The translations under genes were made by a program, and so were the position numbers. The notes under the pieces are model-generated. The model made no database searches. It had not been told where the DNA came from and was given only the letters and a program-made list of their open reading frames with translations. Shown here one piece after another: positions 62,383 through 64,000 of a DNA stretch of 64,000 bases (the stretch's first letter is position 1; each line of letters opens with the position of its first letter). The stretch is from Bacteroidota bacterium (lineage in GTDB: Bacteria; Bacteroidota; Bacteroidia; Chitinophagales; Chitinophagaceae), in the NCBI GenBank assembly GCA_031417635.1, contig JANOVY010000078.1:16795-80794 (forward strand). The letters are read 5' to 3'.

Positions 62383-64000
62383 TTATTTTCTTTGAAATTC
62401 CGGTGAACCAATAATAATACCCGTTACCTGCGATACCGTTGAATTATTTCCTTTTGCATACACCATGCTATTGGGTGCAGACTTTTTATTAAGTGCTGCT
62501 TTTTCATTCTGTTTATTATTCTTGTTCGGGTTCATCATATCCTCATCGCCAATAAGATCCGCATCTGATAGTGGCAATTTTGTTGCGGCTTCATTTATTT
62601 TTTGTTCCAGGTTATTATCATGCACCAATGCTGTTAGTCTTTTAATATTTTCGTCTTGATTTCTTTCGGGCAACAATAATTTACTATACACAACCAATGC
62701 ATCATCTGCACTTTCGGGCTCATGGTTATTATTGAGTGCAATCAAATTTAATTTTACCCCGGGTATTTTTTCTGAAGCAAATGCTAAACCAAAATTCATT
62801 CTGTTTAATAACGAACCTGTATTAATCCAATAAGTTGCTTTATCAGGGAATCCGGTTGGGGCCTGGTAAAAATAAAATCGTTGTCCCATTTTTGTACACC
62901 AATTATAAATTTGAAAAGGCTGCTGTACATCTGCATTCGTTGCACGTATGGCACTAATGGCAAATTCAAAAGGTGATTTAACTTTTTTACGCAATGCATT
63001 TTTATCCCAGAACTCAGTACTGTTAACCATGGCTATTAAAACTGTTTTTATATTCCCATTACTCTCTAAAAAAATTTCAGCCATCCGTTTTACCAATTCT
63101 TCTGATGGATTGTCACTAACAAATCGAGTAGCTAATTTTTTGCAGATAAATTTTGCGGTTGCGGGATGGGTACTTAATAATTGTAAGACTTGCATTCCCT
63201 CAGCGTAACCCCCATCAGCAGAAAATTTTTTTCCGAGAATTATTTTCGCACCTTCATCATGTTTATCTGCGCGGAAAAGAAAATCCCCTTCAATGGTAAA
63301 CCCGCGTTTCGTTAACATGGCCGGGCTGGCATTGTCTATTAATTTTTTGGCAGGGCCGTCTTTGTTTAAAGGCATTAATCCCCATCCTGTTAATGCTCTG
63401 GCAACTTCAGTAACATCTTTTTGGGTATAGCCACCATCTACGCCCAGTGTATGTAATTCCATTATTTCACGGGCATAATTTTCATTCAACCCTTGTGATT
63501 TTTTGGCTTTCAAGGTTTGGGTAAGTAATTTGGATGATTGACTCTTATCGCCATCCATTTCTTCCATTCTTTTTTCAAGCCTTTTGGCTATTAATTTATT
63601 TGCGGGACTTTTGGCCATTGCATTTTCATTGCTTACACTGGAAGCATTGTCAAGATATTCCAGCATGGCCGGGTGTTTGGCTGTGGCTTCTAGTAGTGTT
63701 TCAAAATTGCCTAACACATTCGGACGAATAGCATCTCGTTCATAGGTTAGTACAAATTGCTGGCATTGTGGTTTAGTAAGGGATACATTAAAATGATTAA
63801 ACCAAAAATCGGTTAATACCTCTTGCAATTGATTTTGACCATAGGCCGCTTTAATAATTTTTTGATTGATGAATTGTCTTTGCAATTCTTGTGGCGCTTT
63901 GTAACCATTCTCTTCCATTAATTTTTTAATTTCAGCCCGATAATCTTTTTTATCGCCGTTTCTGATGGAATCTTTATCAATTAAACTATGCTTTGCGGCC
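62383..64000 (-). CDS. DUF1800 family protein, 5'-truncated by the window edge
   Basis: FWFNHFNVS, MLEYLDN, NENYAREIMELHTLG, SPEFQRK; frame stays open to the edge. Confidence 0.88.
   Translation of the reverse strand, partial: AAKHSLIDKDSIRNGDKKDYRAEIKKLMEENGYKAPQELQRQFINQKIIKAAYGQNQLQEVLTDFWFNHFNVSLTKPQCQQFVLTYERDAIRPNVLGNFETLLEATAKHPAMLEYLDNASSVSNENAMAKSPANKLIAKRLEKRMEEMDGDKSQSSKLLTQTLKAKKSQGLNENYAREIMELHTLGVDGGYTQKDVTEVARALTGWGLMPLNKDGPAKKLIDNASPAMLTKRGFTIEGDFLFRADKHDEGAKIILGKKFSADGGYAEGMQVLQLLSTHPATAKFICKKLATRFVSDNPSEELVKRMAEIFLESNGNIKTVLIAMVNSTEFWDKNALRKKVKSPFEFAISAIRATNADVQQPFQIYNWCTKMGQRFYFYQAPTGFPDKATYWINTGSLLNRMNFGLAFASEKIPGVKLNLIALNNNHEPESADDALVVYSKLLLPERNQDENIKRLTALVHDNNLEQKINEAATKLPLSDADLIGDEDMMNPNKNNKQNEKAALNKKSAPNSMVYAKGNNSTVSQVTGIIIGSPEFQRK

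Overview
AT-rich bacterial chromosome segment from a Bacteroidota organism. GldA, GldB, PorT and TAnnTTTG-type promoters support this; a Chitinophagaceae-like lineage is an inference. Most of the window is housekeeping and metabolic genes (pyrC, ubiE, rsgA, fadA, nadE, icd, PDH E2, fused E1, korA, nth, ftsB, eno, acs). No tRNA, rRNA, CRISPR array, transposase or phage gene was seen. Highlights: (1) a ~137-nt rod-shaped hairpin with a central bubble at 12961-13097 that has 6S RNA-like architecture; (2) a dense family of 7-bp-periodic, often palindromic repeats that fill intergenic gaps and also sit in frame inside at least three protein genes (fused E1, PDH E2, GldA); (3) 9-bp-periodic palindromes and a REP-like element; (4) a compositionally distinct restriction-modification islet (Dcm-like C5 methyltransferase, MvaI/BcnI-family endonuclease, unknown gene) in which the endonuclease appears to lose its C-terminal RSQFRI segment through a 1-nt shift in an A6 tract; (5) a co-oriented cluster of GMC oxidase-hydrolase fusion, metallophosphoesterase and 7TM-DISM adenylate cyclase next to alkB; (6) a lipoprotein with four His/Cys repeats and a histone-H1-like protein. 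All family calls come from motif recognition, and all counts were made by eye.
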